Of a DNA stretch of 64,000 nt, positions 26,880 to 39,000 are shown piece by piece (within the stretch, counting starts at the first letter, position 1; each line of letters starts with the position of its first letter). Below the pieces are notes generated by a model, which ran no database searches, was not told the origin of the DNA, and saw nothing but the letters and a program-made list of their open reading frames with translations. Source of the DNA: Priapulus caudatus (lineage: Eukaryota). The stretch is taken from positions 434,432 through 498,431 of the forward strand of contig NW_014577070.1 in assembly GCF_000485595.1 (NCBI RefSeq). Reading direction: 5' to 3'. The translations under genes were made by a program, and so were the position numbers.

Positions 26880-28643
26880 CTACACTTCACACTCATGCGC
26901 CCTGTCATTGAATGGGCCCGCGACGCTTTTGTCGACTATGCACTTCACCCAAACGTAATAGACTTGACGCGCCGCCGTCTCGTCCGTCGCGAACGTGAAG
27001 TTTTCCGTGCCCAGGAGGAACGCGTTGACGTCTTCCTTTCCCCGTTCGCGCACGAGCACCTCGTACTGAGCCACGGACACGTTGAAGTAAGCAAGATTGT
27101 TCGGCGCTCGCCACGTGATCCCGACCAGTTTCCGCCGTGCGTCGTCCGTCGACGCATCGCACTCGATGTCGCGCACCGGTCCCGGCGACAACACGACGCC
27201 CCCCTCGTCGCATCCTCCCTCCTCCCCGTCTCCGCCGCTCTCCAGCATCCTCCGCCGCTCCGCGACCGCCTCCTCGAGCGTCGCCACGAACGACGGGATG
27301 TCGACGTGCGTGTCCTGGTAGATGCGGTACAGCCACTCCGGGTCGGAGCAGCACAGGTGCCGCGGCACGCTCTCGCTCGCGAGTATCCGCCGCTGCTCGT
27401 CCGCCGGCAGGTGGCGTATGCCGCCGCGCTCGGGGGCCGCGTCCGGGTGCGCGCGGGCGTCGTGCGACGACGCGACGCGCCACGCGCGGTAGGCGACACG
27501 CATGCGCGGCAGCCCCGCGAGCGTGCGGTACGGCGCATAGTGCGCCGGATCGACCGCGTAAGGAAACAGCTCGACGAGCGCGGCGGCGGGCCGCATGAAC
27601 GCGGCGAGCGCGAGCAGCGCGCCGTGAACGCCGACGACGACGGCGGCGCGCGACACGAGCGCGATCATCACCGGCACGTCGTGCGTCTCCGGCGAGACCG
27701 TGATCGCGCGTGCGCCCAGCGTCCGCGCCGCCGCCAGCGCCACCTCGGCCTCATTCAGTATCTGACGGTTCGCGCGCCGCGAGATGAGCACCACGTATTC
27801 GCCGTCCGGCGCGGCTGCCGTCAACTCAATCCCCAGCCGCATCCGCACGAACTCGGCGAATCGCCTCACGACGCAGCCGTCGGCTGTCGATCCCTCAATG
27901 GGTCCCTGCGGCTCGGTGAAGCCGTACTGGTAGAAGGTGGTCGCCCGCGACAGCCCCGCGTGCACCTTCTCGAAGCAGACCATCGCGTTCCAGTCGAGCT
28001 CATTCCTGTAGACGGGTCTGTGCGGCGAGAAGATCTCGTAGAGCTGCCGATACTCGCCGGGATCCCAGCCCTCCATAAAGGCGAGCCTCACGTCGTGGGC
28101 GCCGACGTCGGGGACCTGCATGTCGACGAGCAGCGTCTCGTACATGGGGAGCAGGTCGTCGTGGATCGCGTGCATCAGGTTGTCCGGCTTGAAGCGGTTG
28201 AACGCGAGCGTGACGCCGGGCACGACCTGCACGTTGAAGTTCCTCGCCGCCTCGAGCGGGTACTCAGCGAAATTGAAGTGGTTCGCGCCGTGGTTTCTCA
28301 CCGAGGAGAAGTCCTGGAGAGCGGGCGAGAACCGATCGTCGGGGACGCCGTGGTAGCGACTCTTGTTGCCGCGGAAGACGACAAACTCGTTCTGCTGCGG
28401 CAGGTAACACAGATTGTGCACCCAGCAGAGTCTGACCGCTTGATCGTGCTGCCACCTACACCACACGGACGAGCCCTGCATCTGGACGCTCTCTAAGAGC
28501 GTCTTGTGCGACTCCCGCTCGCTGCTGCTGTCGCGCAGCCGCTTAGAATCGTCGAGTTTCCCTTTGATGGTCAAGTACTGCTGAAACATGGCGGCCATCA
28601 TGCAGATGAGAGCGAAATTCAGTACTCTATTCATATCTGGCAT
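26880..28643 (-). CDS. POMGNT2: Protein O-linked mannose beta-1,4-N-acetylglucosaminyltransferase 2 (GT61 family), single coding exon
   Basis: ORF 26880-28748; likely start at MPDMNRVLNFALICMMAAMF (type II signal anchor; ATG 28643 or 28634) after an acceptor at 28716/28717. Motifs RFKPDNLMHAIHDDLLP, YQYGFTEPQGP, VELFPYAV, HLCCSDPEWLYRIYQDT and a C-terminal fibronectin-III-like domain (YYVWVKC..GPF). Confidence 0.95.
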   Translation of the reverse strand: MPDMNRVLNFALICMMAAMFQQYLTIKGKLDDSKRLRDSSSERESHKTLLESVQMQGSSVWCRWQHDQAVRLCWVHNLCYLPQQNEFVVFRGNKSRYHGVPDDRFSPALQDFSSVRNHGANHFNFAEYPLEAARNFNVQVVPGVTLAFNRFKPDNLMHAIHDDLLPMYETLLVDMQVPDVGAHDVRLAFMEGWDPGEYRQLYEIFSPHRPVYRNELDWNAMVCFEKVHAGLSRATTFYQYGFTEPQGPIEGSTADGCVVRRFAEFVRMRLGIELTAAAPDGEYVVLISRRANRQILNEAEVALAAARTLGARAITVSPETHDVPVMIALVSRAAVVVGVHGALLALAAFMRPAAALVELFPYAVDPAHYAPYRTLAGLPRMRVAYRAWRVASSHDARAHPDAAPERGGIRHLPADEQRRILASESVPRHLCCSDPEWLYRIYQDTHVDIPSFVATLEEAVAERRRMLESGGDGEEGGCDEGGVVLSPGPVRDIECDASTDDARRKLVGITWRAPNNLAYFNVSVAQYEVLVRERGKEDVNAFLLGTENFTFATDETAARQVYYVWVKCIVDKSVAGPFNDRAHECEV

Positions 28644-28802
28644 TGATGGGCTCGTAGATGCATGGCCGGGTTCCTCTTTCGATTCAACCACGACGATAAT
28701 GCTTGCATGATAATATCTGTAGACACAAAGGTGAATCTTGTGACCCATAACCTACATACAGATTACAAACTACATAATTATGATAATACACATATACTAC
28801 AC

Positions 28803-29859
28803 TAGACCGAATAATTCTGTCCCATATAACCTTTTTTATATTTTGGTGAGGGTTATTGGGACAGAACGGGGTTCATTGAAATTTCGTGAGATCGCATGCA
28901 AAATGCATGCGCTGCGAATGCGGCCCGTACGCCGCTATTGGCGCAAAAAAAAACCTACCGTTCCCTTCTACATGGCTTTACCTTGCTACTGATATGTGTA
29001 TACATTCACTTCAAATTTCATCGATTGTTATTCACTTCTTAAACGATTGTTTTTCAGAAACCCCGCTTCATTTAACTTTAGTATTACAATTACGTTCGCC
29101 ATTTACAAACAATCAGACCAATCAGAGCGAGTCTATCAGCCCTCCTGCAGCGCCACAGATACAAGCGAGAACCAGGGGTTATTGTAAGACTCGCTCTGAT
29201 TGGTCTGATTGTTTGTAAATGGCGAACGTAATTTACTAGAGTTAAATGAAGCGGGGTTTCTGAAAAACAATCTTTTAAGAAGTGAATAACGATTGAAGTG
29301 AATGTATACACATGTAGAAGGGAACGGTAGGTTTTTTTCCGCGCCAATAGCGGCGTACGGGCCGGGCCGCATTCGCAGCGCATGCATTTTGCATGCGATC
29401 TCACGAAATTTCAATGAACCCCGTTAGGCCGATGAAAGTTGATTTCATGGTTCTCGTCAGGCATTGTTGAGATTTTGATGAGGGATTTAGATCAACATTC
29501 ATCTTTCATATACAAACCAATAGAACTTAAGTGAGGGTATCAGGTCTTGTACATATGCAAAATAAGATTAAAAAATGTCGTAACTTCTTTGTTGACAGTT
29601 TTTACTCAAATTTTTACTGTTTGTCTTCCATACATGTAGTGCTGACTGTAGATTGTTGATTTTTTGAGGCGGGAATTTCATATGGGGACTTTTTGATGCG
29701 GGAATTTCGTCAGCGATGAGTGTTGAACTTTTTTGGTGCGGGAGTAAAATTTGATGCGGGCGCTGACGAGAACCATGACATCAACTTTCATCGGCCTTAT
29801 GTCCCAATAACCCTCACCAAAATATAAAAAGGTTATATGGGACAGAATTATTTGGTCTA
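28803..29859. mobile_element. MITE with ~95-bp TIRs, left TIR interrupted by a second MITE
   Basis: Left TIR pieces 28803-28863 and 29426-29460 together match the reverse complement of 29763-29859. Confidence 0.85.
28865..29425. mobile_element. ~560-bp near-perfect palindromic (foldback) MITE
   Basis: AACGGGGTTCATTGAAATTTCGTGAG.. / ..CTCACGAAATTTCAATGAACCCCGTT; arms ~240-270 bp, spacer ~29135-29186. Both strands give the same ORF start MRSHAKCMRCECGP. Confidence 0.9.
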
Positions 29860-30059
29860 TTAATACTACACATGCTCGCCCCAAACACTATGACTTTTAA
29901 TCACTAGAATTTAATGACTTCATTAATTGCCTCATTTACTTAGATAGATGGTCGACTACACATATTTCAAATAACGTCTGCCAATACAGGCAATTTGGGC
30001 TAACTCTCCTAGAAAGAGAATTGCTGTAGTAGTTGCATTTTGACTTTTGTAAACATTAG

Positions 30060-30560
30060 CACGTGCACTCATTACTCATTACGTGACGTCACATGAAGAT
30101 TACAGCGCATGCGCTAAATCCATGCGTAAGATTTGTCTATTTTTCTCTGACCATTCCTTGTATTAACCACTGAAACTACTCATTACATACCGTGAACAAG
30201 CCTATTACCTTGAAACCTGTCGTTTCCGAAACGAAGAGAATTCCAAGAGAGTGCATGTCAATGCCCAGGAGTAGCTAAAATCGTAAAAATCTGGCACACA
30301 CAAACACACCTATCGGGCTTGTTGTTGTGTTTTGCACCGGCTCTTTGTATCAATCCGCTACTGCGACACATTTTCAAAGCTAAGGCGGAGCGAATCAATT
30401 TTTTTCTGTCGTCTTACGCGCTGTGCAAACTAGCGTCGATACACGCCCTATATTTTTACCAATTCAGTTTCTTGTCGCACAGTCGCGCGCAATAGTTGGA
30501 ACTATATTTTGTGCGTAGTCGAGGAGGTGGAAGTGCACCGTGGCACGGCTCAGTCCTGAA
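30060..30560. promoter_or_regulatory. Candidate bidirectional promoter between divergent POMGNT2 and VAT1L
   Basis: Head-to-head genes. Minus-strand donor CAAG|GTAAT at ~30208 suggests a POMGNT2 5'UTR exon nearby. CRE-like TGACGTCA (~30084) and NRF1-like GCGCATGCGC (~30105). Inference only. Confidence 0.4.
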
Positions 30561-30566
30561 GGAAAG

Positions 30567-32994
30567 ATGGCAGAAGAAGGTAAAACAGCTGCTGCGTCCA
30601 GCGAGCCAGCTGGAGAGGAAAAGGCAAGTGAACCGGCGCCAGAACCAGCCAAGGAAATGCGGGCGTGTGTACTTACGGGCTTCGGAGGCTTGAAAACGGT
30701 GAAGGTGCAGAAGAAGCCAGAACCAACGGCTGGAGAGGGAGAAGTCCTCATCAGAGTTCGAGCAGGGTAGGGCAATTTCCATCTGGTAGTTTTGTAACCT
30801 GGTTATCCTACCCTATCGTTTAGCCTGCATATCTGGCAATTAATTCTCCGTGTATAAATATCGAGCTTTTATTACATTTCTTACAGTGTTTCGTATACGT
30901 GCTGGGTTTTTTTCAAATTTTTCAGAGGATTGAATTTCTTGGACTTGATGGTGAGGCAAGGTGCTATTGACAACCCGCCCAAAACTCCAATCATAATGGG
31001 GTTTGAGTGTGCTGGTGAGATAGAAGCAGTTGGAGAGGGAGTCCAAGACTTGAAGGTAAAGTTCACTCCATGTTTTATTCAACTATTGACATTCTCAGAA
31101 AGGATTTGCATAATGCAGCATCCAGCATTCTTTCAGCAAATATTTCATTAATATAAGGCATACCTACTCTGTTACATAGTAGGTAAATCTTATAGTAATG
31201 AAAGTTCAGAGTCTCTGTACACTATTAGATAAATTAATCGGATTTACTAATGCTTCCAGTTCTGTCCACTCTATAGTCTATTTCTTTCAGTTCCATTTCT
31301 GTATGAGTATACATTCATACATATGTATCTGTAGGTATGTTCTTGTTTTTACAAGTTATGCCAAAGCTTTGGTAATGCTTCATGAAGCTGTATATTTACT
31401 ATGAGCAGAGCTAACTGAGTAGTTGGTTTTTTGTGCCTTGTTGGCAGTTTAGAGAGAGTTGATTAGTAACAATGTATATATCTATACAGTGCTAGTGTCC
31501 AATCTATACAATGTTCAGCCAAATACAATGTATCGATTATACAATTGTATATATTTGGTTATGATCTATCTTTATCTTATGGTTATATCTATGTTTATGA
31601 TCTGGATGTTTCAGATTAGTAACCAATCTATCTTTCTATATATATGTATTATTAGCTCTTGATATATATATAACCCTGTGTGTGTGCATGAATGTGTAAT
31701 TGTTACTAAATAACCCTCATTATAAGTATACCTACTGAATATGATGAAGCCACACCCAGATGTATTGAGACTCAAGAGAGAAGGAAAAGTCTAACCTTTC
31801 CTGATTACTGTAATGTTACTCTACGGCGACCTTCGTGTGTAGTACCCATTGCAGTGAAGTCGAGCATATTTATTCAGCCGTATCCCAATTTATTCGGCAA
31901 ATCCAACTGCGGGTTGATCCCTCTCAGACGCATTATATTGATTAGCCAGTAGGAGGCAGTGAAATGCTGTTAGCTGTTAGCAGCCACCCCCTGTTCATGA
32001 GAAATGCTTTCCTGGACTAGATGCGAAGTATTGACCGTTTCACCATTAAAGGTTGTAACCAATGGTTGTGCTGCATTCTGTATGAAAGGGTGCATTTTGA
32101 TATGATGAAAATTTTCTGAAAAAGCTTTGTTTTGTGTCTCATTTTCCAGCAGAAAACTGGAGTAATTCTTGATATAACAATTATGCAGGGTGAAATTATA
32201 TATATATATATGTATATATATACATACAATTACATGTGTGCTTGTCTGAATTTCATTTTTCAGTTTAAAAAATGTTAATAGTATATATTTATTCATTTCC
32301 CCATTTCGCATTATTCAGTTAAATTTATTCCTTGGAAGCACATGTGTAGGCAGATATGTTGTGATTTACCAGAGCTACTATCCAAACGTACTGCAGCTGT
32401 TCCCTTTGCTGCCATGCAGCTACCATGGTGTTCTGGGTAAAATCCTTTGCAAATTTAACCAGATGCAAGGCTTGCATGAATACTGAATATTGCTCTATTA
32501 TATTTATAGAAATGCATCGAAAAACTGAAATCGTAACATTGTATTCCATTTATATAGTCCCATGGACGTTAAAGACTAATATAAGATTTTGAGGTTACTC
32601 TATATGTATTTGGTGTTAATCATATATATGCTGGATGCGTTCCGTACTGTAAATTACGTTTAGTTATCATCTCGCACATGGCAGTACGCTACATGTTTAG
32701 TCCATCACGCCTCCAACGAAAACTGTTGTGAATTGAAGGTCTACACAGACGGCGCTCCACGTGTTTGCGCTTTGATGTGACCGGCGGTTAACGGGGTATT
32801 ACAGATGTTGCGACAGCTAGCCTACCCTGCTTTTCTGTGCGGCCGTGACAAATAGAGAGCTTGGCAGTGATTGCTTGGCAATAAGCTCCTAACATTTTAT
32901 TAATCGATAATCAGCTGCACGCAGTGTCGCTTTTATCTCCCCTTCTCCTTCTCTCTTTCACACACGCACACACACACGCACGCACGCACGCATG

Positions 32995-33031
<37 letters not shown>

Positions 33032-36000
33032 ATTAATATATAATATAATGATCTCGGCATTTCCTCTTAGCGCGCCTCTGGCCAGTCTGCATATGATATC
33101 CCGAAATAATGCTATCGCAGCACGAGCGATCAATCGCGTGCGTGCGAGCGCTTGTGCTCATCCTCTCACACCTACTATACTTATGTAAATTGCGACCTTT
33201 TATTCTGGCTGTGTGCGGGCGTGTACGGATATAATAATGAGTTTGCGTGTCAGATCCGCGGATGCGCGGAAAAACTCCTCGTCATCTTACAATCTCCAGT
33301 CGCGCGATGAGTTTGCAGACTTGCGTGCAGCTACAACTAATCAAGAGCGTATTAAGTATGAGCATATTAAGCGTATTAAGTATAAGCATAATTAATACGT
33401 TATGGTCTTATGCATCTAATAATTATTGTTTAACGTCATGTCACCAGTGACCGTTATGCTACTGAGTGGGTTAAGGGTGGCGGGATAGAAGAAACATGCA
33501 GCAAGGAAGAGAAAGAAAGAGGAAGGCAAGGTGCAAGTAGGAAAGAATAAAATAAACTGTGCAGAAATCGTCCAGAAAGTTGATAGGAACATCGTAAATG
33601 AAAACGACTATCATGAGTCTAAAATCTCAAAATTATTTTTGTTAGGTGAAGTTACATGCATAAGTTATACCATTTAACATTACGCCATTTTAGTTTTGTC
33701 ATGGTAATATCAGGTGTGTCGTAATATAGATCTATATTATGCGCTCCTGGTAATATCTATCAATGATGCTTCTGAAAACGTACCACTTCAAATTTATTAG
33801 GACGCGACTGATGGCTGGCTGTTTAACAGTGATTAACTCGGGCTTTGACTGTGTTGAATGCAGGAAGCTTGATGAAACTCCTGCGCTACACACATCTAGG
33901 GCATCATCAGGGCATTCTCAGTAGGTCAGCACAGATAGAGCTCTAGCTAGGCGCGCAATCCTGGATGTAGATGCAGGTAGTAATGCTGGTAGCTGTAACC
34001 GTCACAGGTAGGGGGAACTACCGCGTGATGACGATGTAGGTAGTGGCAGGTTACGGCACTGTGTATTACAGGTGGTACAGGTAATTTTCCGTCGGCGGCC
34101 TTTGTACATGGATTTGTAATTGAATTACATGCAATAAAGATTTAATAATAATAGTCAGTTATTTCGTTTTACAACGTATTTTTACACTTTTATTCCATCA
34201 CTCGAATGTATACATGGAAAGAGCCAACAGCGCTATTGAATCGAGCGATAATCACGGTTTTTAATAATAACTTTAAATCTGGCGCAGCATGTTTTGTTTG
34301 ATTAAGGGATAAAAACACGTCTGTGCACGTAAACCCAGAATCGATTTATTTCACCGCACCCATTGCTGAACGGTTCATTTTGGAGTGTAATACTCCTAAA
34401 CGCTTGAGATATATAGGTGGAACCACATGATGTAGATGGCAGGCAGAGCAGTAATGTAACACTATAACCATCGTATCAAGCGCTCTTGATCGTATGTATG
34501 AGTGAACCACGAGATGAAGATAGAGATTGTAGCAGTATACTGTAACTCTAACCGTTGTATGTTCGTATGAGGGGTGCCATGTGATGTAGACATAGGTAAT
34601 AGCAGTAATTATGTAACACTAAACATTGTATGATAACGTATGAGGGAACCACGAGAGGTATAGCAGTAATGTAACACTAAACATTGTATCAGGAGTTAAT
34701 GAGACAAATTTGTCTCATTAACTCCTGATTGTATGTATAAGTGGCCCACGAGATGTAGACAGAGGCAGTATAGCTATAATATAGCACTACTGGTTATATG
34801 TACAATGGAACAACGTGATGTAGATATAGGTAGTAGAAATAATGTAACACTAACCATTGCATGTATGAGGGAACCACGAGATCTAGATAGAGGCAGTAGC
34901 AGTGATGTTAACTCTATCCGTTGTATGTACAAGGGACCTAGTAATGTAGAACGAGGCAGTAGCAGTGATGTAACTCTATCAGTTGTATGTACAAAGGACC
35001 ACGTAATGTAGAGAGAGGCAGTAGCAGTAATGTAACTCTATCCGTTGTATGTACAAGGGACCTAGTAATGTAGAACGAGGCAGTAGCAGGGATGTAACTC
35101 TATCAGTTGTATGTACAAGGGATCTAGTAATGTAGAACGAGGCAGTAGCAGTGATGTAACTCTATCAGTTGTATGTACAAGGGACCTAGTAATGTAGAAC
35201 GAGGTAGTAGCAGTGATGTAACTCTATCCGTTGTATCTACAAGGGACTACGTAATGTAGAACGAGGTAGTAGCAGTGATGTAACTCTATCCGTTGTATCT
35301 ACAAGGGACCACGTAATGTAGAACGAGGTAGTAGCAGTGATGTAACTCTATCCGTTGTATCTACAAGGGACCACGTAAAACGAGGTAGTAGCAGTGATGT
35401 AACTCTATCCGTTGTATCTACAAGGGACCACGTAATGTAGAACGAGGCAGTAGCAGTGATGTAACACTAAACATTGCAGGGTGCGAAATTAGTCCGGAGT
35501 CAAATACTCCCTGATTTACTGCCGGACTCCCTGATTTGACATATGCTAGAGTCCGTGTGACTCCCTGAAAATTCTGCTATACTAACTAGTTCGTTCCAGA
35601 GCGGACTCCCTGATTTGACATATGCTAGAGTCCGTGTGACTCCCTGAAAATTCTGCTATACTAACTAGTTCGTTCCAGAGCGCGGCCTTGCGGAATTACC
35701 ATATTTTTTTTAGGAAATGGCCCAAGAAAATTTTGCAGACGTGCACCGCAAATGTCCTTTTTGTTAATATCTGCGGTACTACTTATATAATGCAGACTCC
35801 CTCATTTTGCTGCGGACTCCCTCTTTTTGGTGGTATAGGGAGTCCGTTGGACTCGCTTGTTCAAAAGTTAATTTCTACCCCTGCATTGTATGTTCATGGA
35901 AACCACGTGATTTAGGTGGAGGTATTGACGCGAGCAGTAATGGTAAAGTAAGTCGCTAAACCGTTTCAGGTGGGCGACCACGTGATGGCACTGTCGGAGT

Positions 36001-39000
36001 TCTGCGCCTGGGCGGAGCTGGTTGCCGTGCCGGCGAAGCACGTTTACAAGATGGCGGCCGGCATGACATTCCACGAGGCGGCGGCGATCCCGCTGAACTA
36101 CGCCGTCGCCTACATCATGCTGTTCGAGATCGGCAACCTGCGGGCTGGCAAGTCGGTGCTCGTGCATTCTGTCGGAGGAGGAGTGGTGAGTGCAGTCCTT
36201 ATTAACCAGAGTTGTATATAGTTTCTCTCTCTCTCTTTCTCTCTCTCCTCTCTATCTCTCCTCTCTCTCTCTCTCTCTGTAGGGGGGGGGGCAGGGGGGA
36301 GGCAGGTGCTCGTGCATTCTGTCAGAAGAGGAGTGGGGAGTGCAGTCGTTTTTAACCAGAGCCGTAGTCTCTGTGTGTGTGGGGGGAGGGGGCAGGTGCA
36401 CGCTCCCAAGATTTTGAATGTTATTCCCAAAAGAAAATGAGAGCATAATAATGATGAATGACCCCGATGGAAGTGCAAGTAATTCGCTAGTCATCCCTGA
36501 AACCCTTGTCATACACCCACCACTGCTACGACACTTCGTGCGCATTGCGTGATGGCTGTGGCCCTCCCTCATTATTGCTTATCTGCATCGTGAAATTTTG
36601 CTTCACCCTTCCTAGGAATTTACATAGGCTACGGTGCTATTAATATACTAACCCATTACCCCGTCAATTATTAATATCAATACGTAGTATTAGTATTCAA
36701 GATGTCTAAGTTAAATTTCATCGAGAAAAGTGAATATTAGGACAAGAATCATTTGTCATGCAAAATCGTGGAAATTGACACTAGGTATGCTTTATAAACA
36801 ACGTGTCTGATATATAGAGGTCGGTACGTCGTATAACTAGCTGACCCTCTATGTAAATGACAAAAGTGTCCCATATAAAAAGATGTCCGTTCGAAAGATG
36901 TCGGTGACTGCTAACGCAATGTTGTCTGTGTTATTACATAATCAAGATTTCATCATGGCCGATTGTGCGATTTATTCCCCCGTTTTGTAAGCTTAGGGAT
37001 CCGCCCTACTTGCTAGTAGCTATGTCACATAGTTTAGAGGCTGTGCGTCCCAGACTATATATATATATATAGTCTATATATATAGTCTATATATATATAT
37101 GCCGTAGCGGAGGGAAAGCTAGGAAATGTATTGCTATAATAATATGGTTTACATCGTTTGGGACTGTTTTCCACAACAACAGTGGCTTTCAAATAATTTC
37201 GAATCCAAACAGCTTCTTTTGTGCGAGTCTTTTATGCGCACCCATTTTGTGACATCCGTGCAGATGCACATGTAAGCAAGTTTCTTTTTTAAGTGTTGGC
37301 CTTTTCAACGCTGTCTATTGATTTTCAGATTATTTCTTCGTGAGTGGAATGTTTAATTTATGTTGCAAAGGAAATGGATTTGAAGACATCGCAGTGTATA
37401 AATAATAAATTTAGCCGTAGGCATGCATTTAAAATGAGTCAGTGTATTGGATATTAAAAAGATATTCAAATTAACATTCTGCACTGTAGGCCTACTTTGA
37501 AATTCCATGTAGCAATATCAAAGGAAAACAACAAGTTCATATGAGAATGTGCAATCGGTTGGATAGCTTCAAAATCACAGAGATCATTGTTGATCATCGT
37601 CATTTTAACTGATTTCTTGACATTTGATCTAAGCAGGGCTTGAAACTAACGCTTTCCTGCTCGCTCGAGGCTATAGTAGAAATCGGCCGTGAGGGCTAGT
37701 AGCATGTCTTGGCTGACCAGCCCTGCTGGCGAGTGCCAGTAATACTCAAATCAGCAGCTACGTTTTGTGCAACTGAGCTCATCTGATTCAAGTATAATAT
37801 TTAATTTGTGTGTGCAAAAGTCAAATTCATCACAAAATTTCGGCAGGCTTCAATCCTAATGTTTATTTAAATGACATCCCCATGACCAAAGTGGCAAGCC
37901 ACAGAATGTATCTCGGATAGTCTATAATCAGCAGCCCATCCCAACAGACTTCCTGTGAGACGATAACTGCTCACCATGCCACTTCAGCACCACACAGGCA
38001 CACTCCAGGGAATTAACGACCTGGTCGATTTTCAGATCACTGTCCCTGCTGGCTAGTGAAGATTTTAGGTTATTTTCAAGCCCGGCTAAGGGTGTGAAAT
38101 CTGCAGAGTTTTTTTATCATTCATAAATTCTGGCGCCAGTAACTTCCTGATTATAACCGTACTGACTCCGAACCCCTTTGTGGCTGGGCCTATAAGGGGT
38201 TCAGATTGATTCCTAACGACTTCTAGGTGCGGGTTACGATCTCTGATTACGGAGTCACTAATGTATCATATAACCTGCCCAAATATGTCATTTATAAACC
38301 GGCGTCTGTTCAATGCAGGTAGTTTTACTTTACGACTGCCAGGGGAAATGCCTAAAATGTCTTTTATAGACAGGTGTCCGTTCTATAGGGGCGTGTGCAA
38401 TCACAGAGTTGACAGTACCGCTTCAAGAAACGTCATAGCTGATAATAATAGGCGTAATGCTTTTAATTAGTCTAATCAAGTCATTAATTCTATTGTTGAG
38501 AACTCCACCTACAATATTTCATTTAGTTTGACCCGTTGATACGAGTCCCGTAGCGGCACGGCTGTAGTTTGGATATTGTAAACCTAAAAACGCAAACGAA
38601 TCTCAGGATTGTATTGGAAATAAATGTATAGTTTGCTGGTTCCGACTTGCCATATGGACTGTGTACAGCTAGTCACGTTCCCCTGTGAAAATTGCGACCG
38701 TTGTAAATTAAGTGTAGGCTTAATTTGTTGTGTCTGACTTTTCATATGGGCTGTCAGCAGCTAGTAACGTTTCTCTGTGGAAATTACGGCCGTTGCTAAG
38801 TGTTAACATAGTTTGTTGTGTCAGACTTTCCATATGAGCTGTGTACAGATCGATAATCACGTCCCCTGTGAAAATTACGGCCATTGCAAATAAGTGTAGG
38901 TATAGTTTTTTGTCTCTGACTTGCCATATGGGCTGTCTGCAGCTAGTCACATTTCCCTGTATATAGTGGGCATTATTTTCCACCAGACAGCAGCAGCAGC

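Noticed and set aside
26895..28496. 533-aa plus-strand ORF opposite POMGNT2
   Set aside because: Antisense shadow of a GC3-rich CDS.
31741..31804. ATGATGA ... CTGA pair resembling a C/D box snoRNA
   Set aside because: Weak terminal stem and no recognisable rRNA-antisense guide; expected by chance.
34420..35476. Regularly spaced repeats that could be mistaken for a CRISPR array
   Set aside because: Whole units repeat with no unique spacers, no cas genes, and the context is a eukaryotic intron.
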